Part shown: piece by piece, positions 38,431-51,731 of the stretch
How positions within the stretch are numbered: the first letter of the stretch is position 1
Layout: every line of letters begins with the position of its first letter
Source of the DNA: Octopus sinensis
Lineage: Eukaryota
NCBI RefSeq assembly: GCF_006345805.1
Contig: NC_043023.1
Location: 8,122,001 to 8,186,000, forward strand
Length of the DNA stretch: 64,000 nt
Direction of reading: 5' to 3'
Position numbers and translations under genes: made by a program
Notes under the pieces: generated by a model
What the model was told of the DNA's origin: nothing
The model's database searches: none
The model's input: only the letters and a program-made list of their open reading frames with translations

Positions 38431-39309
38431 GTAAGTTTTTAAAATTGTTTGTGAATATGTGTGTGTGGTTGGCATTAGAAAGGGCATGCAACCGCAGAAA
38501 CTATGCCAAAACTGGCAATTGGTACCTGAGCAGCTCTGCAGCTGCCCAGCTTCTGCCAAACTATCCAACCCATGCCAGCATAGAAAACGAATTAAAAATG
38601 ATGATGAGGAGGATGTGTGTATGTGTGAGTGAGAGAAAGAGAGAGATATAGAGAAACAGGCAGACATTGTTTGCTATTTTCTTTCACTCCCATCCACTTC
38701 TTTTCCTTTAGTATTAAATAATTCAGTTTCTCCTGATAGCACTAGTTGTATTATGTAACTAACAATATTCCATCTTCTTTCATCTTCAAAAGCATGACCA
38801 CTCCACTGTAAAGAAGGTAACCCGTCTTAAATATGTGTCATGTAAACACTGCCATAACTGTATGAAGGAGAGGTGACCAACGACAGAGATAAGTCTTTAA
38901 ATTTAAGAAAGAGAAATTCACAAACTGTTTTAAATATCGAATTTCAAGTTAAACGAGTTGAACTGTGTTAATTGCTAGAAAGCATATTTCATTAATCTTT
39001 TTCAAAGAAAGGAAAAGGAAAATAAATTCGTTTATGGACAATTAGATTTAAAGAAAATATATTCATGGACTTCGAAGAAAGTTTCTTTTATCAGTATGAT
39101 AATGAATATATAACTGAGATTATTCAAAGTTGATAATTAGGGTTCCAAATATTGCCAGGGCTTGGACTTTGTGTGTATACTGACTACAGTAATACCCCTT
39201 GCAATGATTGTAAAGAAGGGAGATGTGAGGAGAATGAATTTACATTAAGATGTGTGCACAAAAGTGTGATGTCACGAGATTGTATGTATGACGATGTAAC
39301 TAGACAGAT

Positions 39310-39457
39310 AGTCATAGAGGCCCTTTGTTACCAACAAAGATAGAAGCTCTCTGAACTTTGCCCTGCTTAATCTTATTCTAGCAGCTATGCTCTTGGCGCA
39401 TCCACCTCCACTACTGACTTGATTACCTAGATAACAGTAGCTCTCAACTACTTCTAG

Positions 39458-39460
<3 letters not shown>
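39310..39460 (-). pseudogene. RTE RT fragment
   Basis: VESYCYLGNQVSSGGGC.KSIAARIR..RAKFREL. Confidence 0.65.
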
Positions 39461-39505
<45 letters not shown>

Positions 39506-40519
39506 TTGTTTGTTTGTTTGAAAGACCTCAGCATCTATCCACTGGTAGATCTGATGGTGTTTATTGTCTGTTGTTGCAGAATTTAAGCAACTCTTTGATT
39601 CCCTAATATGTAACGGTCACTACAGATGTGTGACTGTATTTCAGACAGTTGATGGTCACCTATGTATTGTTGTAATGTCTTCTTTGGTGAGAAGAAGCTA
39701 CTCTAGCAGTCAATGACCCATTATTATAGGAATTGTCTATCAGACTAACAGTTTCAACAATTGCTTGACTATAATGTGCTGGTGTGTTGCCTCAACCACC
39801 ACACCAATCTTTACTTCACTTCATCAGCCAAAAATGTTTCTTTATAAATTTTGGAAACATTATTGATATGCTTGGATATGTCTGTCTGGTGTTGGTTTTG
39901 TTGCTGTGTCTGAAGAAATTATTATGTTCTTGGTGTTCTCTGTTCATTGTTTGTTGTTATGGAAATGAGTTGCACTTAGTGACCAGTGAAACATTTCCCA
40001 ATCAATATTTGGATTATCGAAATTACCAGTTTGAAAATATGGGTGACTGCTTTCATAGATGCAGATCTGAAGATGTCAAAAATCTGAGTTTTGATGGCAG
40101 TTTTGCAGATGGTAAACAAATTCAAGTAGGAGTATATATGTTGTTAAAAAAATACTTCTTGTTGCGACCAGTTAAAATCTCCATAAGGAATTACAGAAAA
40201 TCTTGAGTGACCATAGACCATCACACGACCCCCATGGTAATTAGAATAGCCTTTGTGTAACAAAATGTAGCTTGCCATTGTTTGTTGTTATGTTGTTGTG
40301 TTATATTTATATATACAATACTCTTCTATAAGTATTTCTTTTGTTATGGCCAGTTGGCTTTATCAAGCCAGTTGTAAAGATAGGTTCTTGTTGGTTTGTT
40401 GTGTTCTGTTATTTGTGATACTTGTTCCATTATATTTCCTACATTTGACATGATTTGCTTATCTACAATATATATTTGTGTAATATTCTACTCATCGTTT
40501 TATATTTCATCATTTGCAG

Positions 40520-40698
40520 TGCTGCAAAGAGCTCCAACTGGACATGGATAGGAGGCTCTCTGGAATAGTAGTTTTGAGTTACCTTGCCAGCCAAGGAGCC
40601 AGCTTATACCATCGTAATAAGAAGAAGAAAGTGACCCCATTGGACTGCATAGAAAATCAACATTTGAAAGAAAAATTACAAACATTTTTACAATCACT
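40520..40698 (+). CDS. ANK-RING-DD gene exon c (degenerate last ankyrin repeat and linker)
   Basis: TTTGCAG|TGC..CT|GTAAGT; phase 0-2; LSYLASQGASLYHRNKKKKVTPLD. Confidence 0.82.
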
Positions 40699-40824
40699 GT
40701 AAGTACTCACTGGCAACGCCAAGATAAACCAGGACATTTTCTCTTTTGTATATAATCATGTTTATATGTTTATTTAGTTTGAATTTTCCCAATGTATTAT
40801 TCCGTCATTAGTGTCTTGACTCAA

Positions 40825-41040
40825 GACAACAATAATGATTTCCAATTCTGGCACAAGGCCAGCAAGTTCAGGGAGGGGATAAGTCAATTACTACAGCCCC
40901 AGTTTTCAACTGGTACTTATTTTATCAACAGCAAGGTAAAGTCAACTGCAGCTGAATTTGAACTCAGCATGTAAAGGCAGACGAAATGCCAGAAAGCATT
41001 TTGCTCTGTGTGCTAATGATTCTGCCAGCTTGCAGCCTTA
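40825..41040 (-). mobile_element. tRNA-derived SINE, family 4
   Basis: Reverse complement of GGCAGAA(T)CGTTAGCAC..GAGTTCAAATTC; other copies at ~5065, 14395, 18390, 59010 and 60351. Confidence 0.7.
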
Positions 41041-41687
41041 AGACCACACAACAATAATAAGAACAATAAACAGAAAATACAGTTGTTAGTGGATCAAACG
41101 AAAAACACTATTTTGATGACATTCACATGATTGCTTGTGTTGACTGATATACCTCACCATCCACCCCTGACTATTTTAGAGCTCGGTGACCTCCATGAAA
41201 ATGTAGTACTAAATAATAAAGTGAATGAACCCATTTTGAAATTGCTATTTAGAAGTAAATAGGATTTATCTGTCTACCAACAATGTTTTCTCTCTCTCTC
41301 TCTTCTCTGATTCAATCAGTTGTCATGTACGCTTTCATGTGAAAATAACCTAAAACACACACTAACAATGTGTATGTCATCATCATCATTTAACGTCTGT
41401 TGTCCATGCTGGCATGGATTGGACTGTTTGACTGGAATGGCATGTTGGAAGGCTGCACCTTAGTCAGCCTTTGATATTTTCAGCCCACCCTTGTATGTGT
41501 ATGTTAATGTGACACTTGTATACACACAAACCTGCTTGTATGTAATTGTTTACAGTAGAATTTACGATGTACTCTTGTTGGTTACTGTTGTACCCCTTAA
41601 TATTCTGTACTCTAAACATGTCCACAACGAAATATTTTATTATAAATGAATGTTAATGATGGGATGTGTTAATATTTTGTTCTACAG

Positions 41688-41830
41688 GTGTTGGTTTTGT
41701 CAAGAGAAAAAGGCTACTGTCACACTCCATCCATGTCAACATACCGTTATTTGTCAGAATTGCTGTTCTCAAATGACATTTAAGCAATGCCCCATATGTC
41801 GACAACACATACTCCAGAAAAGTGGATTTG
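41688..41830 (+). CDS. ANK-RING-DD gene exon d (C3HC4 RING finger)
   Basis: CTACAG|G..TTTG|GTAAG; phase 2-1; CWFC..PCQH..CQNC..CPIC. Confidence 0.9.
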
Positions 41831-42678
41831 GTAAGAACATTCTTTCTTGATCTGTCTGTTGTCTCATTAACTTTCTGGTATGGAATAATGCACTTCATGT
41901 TGTAGTGGAGACATGCAACTCCTTGTTTGTAACTATATATGATTAACACTTGTTATAATGTTTGCCATCCTTTTAGACATTTTATACTCACACTCGTTAG
42001 TTTTTAGATGTGATTAATGCTAAAAGAGACATTGTTTTCTGACTCTTTCACCTTTTGGCTTTACTTTTGAGTTGATTCGTTTTAATTCGAACATGAAGCC
42101 TGGTCATTGCTCCAAGGTGGTATCAGAAAGTTCACGGACTAGTTCTGTAGCATGCCAACAGATGGCAGCACACCGTTTCGCGCACAGTGAGAGCTAGCAA
42201 TGACTTTCACGAGGCAGTGTGCTGGGTGACACCACTGCGTTTACTTCAAAAGTTGTGAAATTTGTGCTTTTGTGGTCATTTGTAGGCTGTAGTCTGCAAT
42301 TTTCTAATGGGCAGGAACAAGTAACCAATGTGAAATTTCGCGTTAGACTTGTCCAGCAAAACATAACAAAGAAACAACAAAACTAAGAGAAAAAGAGTGT
42401 TATGAAGTGATAACTAAGTGAGAGAATTTCAGAATTGTTAGATTAGTATATAGGATGTCTCAAGAGAAAGATGAGATTTAGAAAGGTTTACCCATTTTGT
42501 TCTGGTTGTAAATATTGAACTATTATATAGTAACAGCTTAGAAAGTGTTGACCGAAAGCATAGTGGTCACCAATTGACTATTGATGATATGAATGCCTTA
42601 CAATAATGGAATATAGATTATTAAAAGAGACAAAGAAATTTTACTATGAAGTATAAAACTTTGAAATGCTTATTTCAG

Positions 42679-43227
42679 TGTGTCCAAAGTTTGAAGAGAA
42701 AGCAGTCCAGACGGTTGCAGAGTCTGTTGGTGAGTATAAAATAACTGTAATTGATTTCTATAAATTTTACCTTCACCTGAAATATATTATTTGTGTGAAT
42801 GTCTGAGAACAGGTTCCATTCTTAGTTTCCAATTCTTATTTCAGTGTGTCCAAGGTGTAGAGAAAAAGCAGTCAAGACGGTTGTAGAATCTTTTGGTGAG
42901 TATAAAATAACTGTAATTGATTTCTATAAATTTTACCTTCACCTGAAATATATTATTTGTGTGAATGTCTGAGAACAGGTTCCATTCTTAATTTCCAATT
43001 CTTATTTCAGTGTGTCCAAGGTGTAGAGAAAAAGCAGTCAAGACGGTTGTAGAATCTTTTGGTGAGTATAAAATAACTGTAATTGATTTCTATAAATTTT
43101 ACCTTCACCTGAAATATATTATTTGTGTGAATGTCTGAGAACAGGTTCCATTCCTAATTTCCAATTCTTATTTCAGTGTGTCCAAAGTGTGAAGAAAAAG
43201 CAGTCAAGACGGTTGTAGAGTCTGTTG
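42679..43227 (+). CDS. Four 51-nt phase-1 micro-exons (42679-42729, 42845-42895, 43011-43061, 43177-43227) in a 166-bp tandem repeat
   Basis: Each unit has TATTTCAG|exon|GTGAGT and a 115-nt intron; peptides VCPKFEEKAVQTVAESV, VCPRCREKAVKTVVESF (twice), VCPKCEEKAVKTVVESV. Confidence 0.75.
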
Positions 43228-43647
43228 GTGAGTATAAAATAACTGTAATTGATTTCTATAAATTTTACTTTCACCTGAGATATATTGTTTGTGTGAATGA
43301 CTGAGAACAGGTTGTAGGAAAGAAAAGACACAATGAAGAGAAAAACAGTGTTATCAAGTGATAATTGAATGAGATATTCACAGAAATGTTAGATTATGTA
43401 GGCTGTCTTAATAGAGAGAGAAAAGGGGAAGAATTTAGGAAGGTTAGTCTATTTTGTGGTGGTCCTGAATAATGAGCTTTAACATGGTATCACAGCAGAA
43501 AGTATAAAAATATTAGCCAAAACCATAGTGGTCACCAGTTGACCATTGATAATAGGAATGTCTGACAATAATAAAATATAGAATAATAAGAAAAATAATT
43601 AAAAAAATTTAACTATATATTGTAAAACTTTTAAATATTTATTTCAG

Positions 43648-43719
43648 AGAGTTTAAATTTGGAGGAAAACCGCTCCCATAGCACATCGAAGAAGGTGGCA
43701 GTTAAGCAACAGCAAGTTG
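43648..43719 (+). CDS. 72-nt phase-1 exon, diverged copy of the death-domain first exon
   Basis: TTTCAG|..CAGCAAGTTG|GTGAGT; same length and ending as 47464-47535; no stop codon. Confidence 0.65.
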
Positions 43720-45899
43720 GTGAGTATAAAATAAGTCCGTAAGTGATTTCAAATTAGTTTTACTTCACTTGAGCATATTTTGTTTGTCAGAAGGACTGAG
43801 AACAGGTTCCATTCTTAATTTTCAATTGAAAAATTATCTGTTTAATAATTCTTTTGAAGAAATTACTGAAATTTAAGAGAATGCCCACCAAGGTTAGAAC
43901 AGACAAAAGTTAATGATGTCTTTTGGAATAGAGAACTAAAATATGTTATTTGGTTGGGGGTGAACAAGTGCTTTAACGACAAGGCCTTCGTTTTACATTT
44001 ATACTGTGTTTACTAATAAGTTGTTGTTGTTTTAGCAGGAGTCTCTCATAATCTGGCAGACTTACAATGAAATGCATTTCAAGTGTCAACATCCTGTCTT
44101 TTTGTCACTGATAGGAAATCTATCATTACATCCATTAAACGCATTGTCTTTATCGAAGTAGAAAACACTGGCTTGCTACTGAGATAGCCATTGCTTCTTT
44201 GTTGTTTTTCTCTCTCTCTCGCATTCTCTTTTTGATAGATACTAGCTGCAAGATGCAATAAATGACATTGTCCTCATCATTTATCATCTGATTTCCATGT
44301 TCCTGTGGAATGGATGGTGAGGGGGGGGGGTCACGGTCCAAGTCAGTTCTTATTAGCAGTTACTGTCCACCTTCATTGGTTGAGGATCATGTCCCACTAG
44401 AACATTCCAGCTTTCCTATGATGGTCTGCCCTTCCTAACACCATCCACTTTATAAAGGATCCTGGGTGCATTTTATTGTGGCACAAATACAAGAAAGATT
44501 GTTATGTATTCAACAAAATTAAACGTTCCTCTCTAACTTATGCAAAGAAATATCAGACATGTTGAAAGAAGAAAGGAAAGTAAATGAATTAGAGAGCAGC
44601 TCGTTAAGAAACCTTATGAGGTTACCCGGAAGCTGTTTGCAGATGCTAAGAGTGGCAGGATAAAATGTAATAAATGAAATCCAATTTAGGTATGGTTAGT
44701 GGTCAGTAGGGATAGCTAGAAAAGCTTTTTTAGCTATCCCTACTGACCACAATATATATATATTTAACTTATTTGTTTTATTTTTTACTAATCTGAAATT
44801 TCACCAGTTACAATCTGCTTTATTTTTGCAGCTATTAATCTTGTCCATTTCTGCCAAGGTGATGAACAAGTACCAGTTGTGTACTGGGATTGATGTAATC
44901 AATTAGTCCCCTCCTCTGTAATTGCTGGCCTTGTACCAAAATTTGAAACCAATATTATCCATTCCTGTTCAACTGTTTTCAATTCGCACACTACTACATG
45001 AAACCACAACATGCCATTACGGGTTTATTTCTGCTAGTTATAGGCCTGAATGTCCATGTTAGCTAACTGCAGGTTACTCTCATTGTCAGATGATTAACCT
45101 TGGTCATTACATTGTATCGTTTAAAAAGAAACAATGTTTTAGTAGTTGAATTAAGCTTTTATTATTATTATTATTAATTATTATTATTAACATTCATTCT
45201 CTGAGTTCAGTACCTTCTTGGGTTGACTTTTCATTTCATTCCTCATGGGTCAGTAAAACAATTACAAGTTACATAACATGTCAAACTAATTGACTTCATA
45301 CTCTCTCCTACAGATCTATCCACTTGTATTAATCGAAGAATTCATAATTAGCATTCATTTTTCAAAACCCTCGTTACCACACTATATTGCTGTCCAACTG
45401 AATCATCTCTTCCAATCATATCAAGTAAAACCTTTCGCTTTTCTGTATATTTTGGTGAGACTTCAGTTGGCTTTTTAGTGAGACTGATTGTTTGGTGTTT
45501 TAGAACGTGACCTTTAAACCAAGTATTGAGAAGACGACCCATCAAGCCAAGTAAAATTGCAGTCGTGGCAGATACTGGTGCCGTGCTGGTGGCATGTAAA
45601 AGCACCCATTGCACTCTGGGAATGGTTGGCATTAAGAAGGGCATCCAGCCGTAGAAACCATGCCAAATCAGACTGGAGTCTGATGCAGCCTTCCAACTTG
45701 TCAGCCTCAGTCAAACTGTCCAATCCATGCCAGCATGGACAATGGACGTGAAGTGATGATGATGAACTGGAGGGGCACATACAGGAGATCTACACTGATC
45801 CTAAGTGAGATAATTCATTCCCACTCATGGACAGTTTGAAATGCCCCCAAAAAACCATGAATCAAATCTCAACTTGGTGGTTTCTAGCAGAAACAATTA

Positions 45900-46930
45900 T
45901 ATAGCTGAGTGAAGAAGGCAAAAGCAAAGAGTGACCCAGGAGGTGATGGTGTATCATAGAAAGTATTGTACACAATTATGTTATAAGCTGTACTTAAAGA
46001 GTTGTGGCATAAAGGTGAAATGGTTGATGAGTAGTACAAAGCAGAAAAAAATTACTTACCAAAGAAAGCTGAAACAGAACTGATTGAGCAGTTCAGACCC
46101 TTTTCAATCTTGAATGTAGATGGCAAGATTTATATGGGTCCAGTTGCCAAGAGATCAGCTACACATCTCCAAAATAATGACTATGAGACCGAGAGTGTCC
46201 AGGATGCTGGAATTTCCAGAATCACTGGATGGGTAGAACATGATTTTTCAATCTGCAATGCAATACAAGACACAAAGAAGAATAAAAGGGATTTGAACGT
46301 TGTATGACCTGATCTGGTTGATGCTTATGGTTCTGTACCACACAAATTAGTGATGGAACCAATGAACTTCTTTTATATATGAGAGAAGATTAGAGATCTG
46401 GCTAGAAGCTGCTGTAATAATTTCAAAATGTGGTTCCTGACAGAAAATTTCACAACAGACATCGTTTGGAAACTGGAATTGCTGTAGGTTGCACAATATC
46501 AGTCATTTGGTTTGTGCTTGTTATGGAGATGTTACTTAGATCAGCAGATTGATCAGAAGAAATGGCTCGAGTGAAATCACCCAAGAAGGAATTTAAAGGA
46601 TGATATAACAATACTAACAAGAGACCAAAAGGGTATGCAAATAGTTCTGGATTAACTAATTCTTTGATCAAGAATGGGGTTTAAACCAAATAATTAATGC
46701 AGTCATGTGTCAAAAGGTTAGCTGAAGCAAGTGAAGTTCAAAACAGCATACAAAACCATGCCAAGGGTTAAAGAGAAACCTCTAAAATCTATTGGACGAT
46801 GGTATGCTACCTCATTGTCCAGTAAGAGTAGAGACATAGAGGTCATGGCACAAACTGAAGGCAATAGCTAAGACAACATTTCCTGGCAAATAAAAGATTT
46901 GATGCTTCCAGTTTGATCTGTATCCCTGCC
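45900..46930 (+). pseudogene. Decayed RLE-type (HERO-like) non-LTR retrotransposon RT
   Basis: KKAKAKSDPG.DGV, QFRPFSILNVDGKI, DL.DAYGSVPHKL, DDITIL with many stops; clade assigned from recalled motifs. Confidence 0.6.
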
Positions 46931-47463
46931 TTGCTTATAAAATCCTTGAGTATCAGTTTTTATGCAACATTTCAGATTTTTTTACTGCTATAATGTATGG
47001 ATGAACAATTAAATATAGTTAATAAGATTTTGTGAAAGCATAAAGTGTTTGGATACCTGATATGTTTTTGCTCCCCTCTGCCCACCTGGAAAGAAATCTG
47101 CTTCATTAAGAAGTCTTCTAACATCTCAAATACATGTGGCACATATATAAGAAAAAAAAATGAAAACTAAAAGAAAAACAGTGTTATCAAGTGATAATTA
47201 AATGAGATAATTGTAACATTGTTAGATTATTTAAGATGTCTTAATAGAGAAAGGAAATTGAGGAAGGTTAGTCTATTTTGTTGTAGACCTAAGTATTGAG
47301 CTATTTACCTGGTCCCACTGGAGAAAGCATAAAAATGTTGACCAAAAACAGAGTGGTCACCCGATGACCAGCGATGATGACAGGTATGTCCCACTATAAT
47401 AAAATATAGATTATTAATAAAGAATTTTTACTCAAGTATAACAGTTGCAAATATTTATTTCAG

Positions 47464-47535
47464 AAACTCCAAAGTTAGAGGAGAAGTGTCTCCAAGATGT
47501 TGCAAAACTGTTAGGAGTCGACTGGCAGCAAGTTG
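47464..47535 (+). CDS. ANK-RING-DD gene, death-domain exon 1
   Basis: TTTCAG|..GTTG|GTGAGT; ETPKLEEKCLQDVAKLLGVDWQQV joins GRNLGI of the last exon. Confidence 0.85.
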
Positions 47536-48842
47536 GTGAGTATAAAATAACAGTACTTAATTGATTTCAATAAGTGTCAGCTTTTGTTTGTCAGCATGAC
47601 TAAGAGAAGATCCCATTCCTACTTTCCAATTGAAAGGCTAGCTGTAAAGTGATTCTATTAAAGGTGTTGGTATTACTGAAACATCATAAAATAGCCACCG
47701 AGATTAGCGGGGTCAGTAAAATGGCTAAATTAGAGGACACAATTGATTTAATATTGTCTTTTGAGAGAGCAAATTAAGATATGTCATTTAAGGGTAAACT
47801 GGTGAGTTAATGATAATTTTTTTTTTGTTTGTTTTACATTTTTACTAAGTTTACATTTTGTTGTTTTTTCTTTGCAAAATGCTTGTTTTAATCAGAAATA
47901 CGATGGAAAGTGTTTCAGGTGGGACATCTCTGTCTTTCAGTTGGTAGTACAGGACTACATCATTAAGTGCATCCTTTTTTACATGCTCCTGTGTATAGTG
48001 AGTGGCATGTTGCAGTCACTCCAGTGTCCATTTAGTTGTGAACCACTCTTCACTGACATGTAATGCTTGATTGTACGTAGGTGGATGGTGTTTATGTTGG
48101 TGATTCCTCTCTTCTTTCCTGCAAGTTAAAACTCTCCTCTTTGCTTGGTTTAACTTAACACCTCTCTATTACACTGAGTAACAACGATTTTTGTCCATGG
48201 ATAACAATTGTTATTTCCTAGAAAATACGAGAATGGCTAGTATCTCCTTCAAACTTTGCTTTCGTCACAATATATACCTTGTAGACCTCACACATTTCAG
48301 CTGATGTTGTTTCACAGTGATTTTATGCTGTTGTCTTGATAAATTCACCACAGACACAGCAGAATGTATCTGCCAGATGCTTACAACCTCTTGATGCCAT
48401 CTGTGATGAATGCAGTTCTTGGATAGTTAGAAATAAACTGAACTGGTGATCTTATGATCCCTTTTTTTACACTGGTATCTATGTTGCCAGAACGTTCTAG
48501 AAATTCTTGGAAATTTTAGTAACTTCTTGATTATAGTTCTAGAAATTTCTAGAAAATTCTGCTTCAGTGACTCAGCACTGAATCTGTCTGGAAATAGGTT
48601 TCAAAACATTGATGTCCAGGTGACAAAAGCAACATTTGAAGGGAACAGATGTCCTTTCCTTTGATTTCTTGATGGAAATAAATAGGAAATAACACTTAAC
48701 TTATCAAAGACAACAAAAAATTAAAAGTTTGTTAAGCAGTGTTATTGATTTCTCTCTAAATCATGTTCTTGAACCATTCAAAGAGATCCTTATTATGAGT
48801 CATGAACCCATGTTGTCTACCAAAATGTGTTATACTTTTGTA

Positions 48843-50075
48843 TTGGGTCATCCCATAAGTAATGCAGTGTTTTCAATTGTATGAACTAAAAGTCGGAGGG
48901 GGATGGGATAAACTACCTGCATCAACTTGCTATAAAAGCAGTACCTTGTACTTATTCTTAGTGTGAGTTTTGAAGAGTGCAGTTAAATTTTAACAGTTAT
49001 TTTTTCAAAGCTATAATGGAAGTGACAAAGGAGCATATTCGACATATTTTGCTTTATGAGTTCAGTAAAAGCAACAATGCAACAGAAAGTGCGAGGAATA
49101 TTAATGCAGTATATGGGGATAGGACAATAAGTGTAAGCCAGTGTCAATGGTGGCTCCAGAAGTTCCGAGCTGGAAACTACAGCCAAGAAGATCAACTTTG
49201 TTCTGGAAGATATGTAGAGCTTGACGAGGACATCCTGCAAACCCTGGTGGAACAAAATCCCATTGTAACTAGCAGAGAAGCTTGGATTTGGTCATTCAAC
49301 CATTCATCGATACTTGCATGGTATTGGAAAAATCAGCAAATTGGGTCAATGGATTGCGCACAGAGTAAATGTGTGCTCTTCTCTGCTGCCATGTCTCATG
49401 AATGAACCTCTTTTGAACTGAATAGTGACTGGTGATGAGAAAAGGGTTCTCTATAAATACGTTATTCACCAAAGACAGTGGGTAGGGAAAGGAGAAATAC
49501 TGGCACTCCAGAATAAAAAAGGTCTCTACCCATGTAAGGTGCTGTTATCTGTTTGGTGGGATATGAAAGGTTTGGTCCACTTTGAACTTTTAAACCCTAA
49601 CCAAATGATAACAAAGGAGATCTACTGCGAGCAGCTTGAGTGGCTTAAGTCAGTGCTAGAAGAAAAATGACCATCTTTGGTTCCAAGATGACAGGTGTTC
49701 TTCGATCAGGATAATGCTTGGCCACATACAGCAAGGATGACATTCCAAAGGCTGGAGCAGTTTGAATGAGAAACAATTCCCCACCCACCATATTGCCTCA
49801 TCCGATTATCCTTTATTCTGCAGTCTTCAAAATCATTTGGACAGAAAAAAATATGAATTCTGTAGATGCAGGCAGAACAGTAGTGGAGGAATATTTTTCA
49901 TCACGGACAAGTCAGTTTTGGAAGAGGGGCCTTGCAAGTGCGCCAGATAGATGGAAGAGCATTGTAGAAAATGAAGGAGAGTATATTTTAGGTTAAAAAA
50001 GAACTTTGTTTATCTTAATTTTGAAGAATAAAAGATGTATAAAACAAATGCATTATTATTTATAGGATGACCCAA
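48843..50075 (+). mobile_element. Mariner (DD34D) transposon relic
   Basis: TIR TTGGGTCATCCCATAAGTAATGC with imperfect inverse ending at 50075; flanks TA and TG; transposase 49016-49996 with IVTGDEK, LSVWWD, DNA.PH, SSDY.LF broken by stops and frameshifts. Confidence 0.92.
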
Positions 50076-50979
50076 TGCTTTGTGTAGTTGAGATCATTCT
50101 GGTATCTTGTCTCTTTGTATTTGAATTGGCCCAGGTATGCCTAGTAGTACTGGTATTGTCTGATAGTTCAAACCATATCTTCTAGATATTTCTAACTCTT
50201 GATATGCTTTAGTTATCAATTATTCAGAAGAGGAGAAACATCACAGACAACTATTTCAGGCATTGACCATGGAATGTTATCAGATGGCCAAAATGGGAGT
50301 AAGGATACTAAATAGGATGTATAGTCCAGAGATCTGGGAATATCTTCAGGTTGAGCCAGTTCCTCTCCACATCTCTGGTACTATGGACATGTGTTGCAGG
50401 AACAAATGACAAGACAGATTCTTCAAGCCAAACCAATGGAGCAGGGGTCCTATGGGTAGATCACGAACTAAATGGTTGGGTAATAGCCATTGTCTTAGCT
50501 GTTTATGTTTGGGAACCCAACCAAAAGCTCTAATGACGGCTGCTTCTGATAGGACCCTATGGAGGAGATGCCTGAAGACTCTGTCTTTACAATCCTCCCA
50601 AGAATATTGAGCAGAGACAATGGATGGGTGGATCAAATGGATTGACTGTTGATGGTCTATATTGATTCTTTAGGTTCTCCATACACTTTTGCCTACACAA
50701 ACACTTCTCCTACCATCTGTTTACCATAAATTTTCGCAAGTGTAATTTTCAATTAATTTTCTTTAAAATCTTCACCATTTTCATCCTGTATTTCCACCTC
50801 TTCATTATTATAACATTCTTAGAAACAGAGAACAACATCTTTTATTTATTTTTTTATGTTTCTTAACTATTTCTCATTCACATAATTTATTTGTTACATT
50901 TATGACAACCTACAGTACACATCTTTTATGTAATTGTTAATGATTTTGAAATTATTTCTCATTGTTTTATGTTTTGCAG

Positions 50980-51185
50980 GCAGGAATTTAGGAATCAGAA
51001 ATATCAAACTGGGGAATATCAGGCATGACTATCCTTTTAACACTGAAGAGCAGGGCTTCCAGATGCTGCACACATGGTACACAAGTTGTGATCCAGAGAG
51101 ACGAACACTCAAAACACTCAGAAAAGCTCTTGAGGAAGCTGAATGCTTTGAGGCACTTCAATGTCTACCATCAGAAGAAAAGTGA
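50980..51185 (+). CDS. ANK-RING-DD gene, terminal exon (death domain C-terminal helices)
   Basis: TTTGCAG|GC phase 1; GRNLGIRNIKLGNIRHDYP.NTEEQGFQMLHTW..TLKTLRKALEEAEC; TGA at 51183-51185. Confidence 0.85.
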
Positions 51186-51678
51186 ACTTGTGTGTAAATG
51201 CTGCAATTGTTTAGTCCAAGGTCAACCTTGATTAAACAGAGACTCATGATCAAATTCCTTCCAGCCAGGACCCTCCTGACTTTATCCTTAGTGTAGGGAA
51301 CCCAGAATCACATTGTCCAATTTGATAATTGAATTGAGCAGGATTTGGCTACTAATTCTAGCAAATCTATCAAAAACATAAGAGATTCCCTTCCTGAATT
51401 GGTCCCTATCTTCTTAGAAATTAACTTTTCAAATAAAGATAAACTTTTAAATGTTTATTTGTTGTTGTTGCTGTGTATCCAACCTCCTCCCCATTATTGT
51501 GTAAACAGTTTTAATATCCTCTCAAATATTCATAGTTATCTACCTTCATTTAACCACACGGTTCCGGGTTCAGTCCCACTGCGTGGCACCTTGGGCAAGT
51601 GTCTTCTGATATAGCCTCAGGCCGACCAAAGCCTTGCGAGTGTATTTGGTAGATGGAAACTGAAAGAAGCCTGTTGTA

Positions 51679-51731
<53 letters not shown>

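Noticed and set aside
42679-43260. Regularly spaced direct repeats resembling a CRISPR array (also the 62-, 76- and 107-bp arrays)
   Set aside because: Units are contiguous tandem repeats without unique spacers; eukaryotic context and no cas genes.
50200-50620. Possible RTE 3' fragment (YYGHVL..RQIL.AKP)
   Set aside because: Too decayed to delimit or classify confidently.
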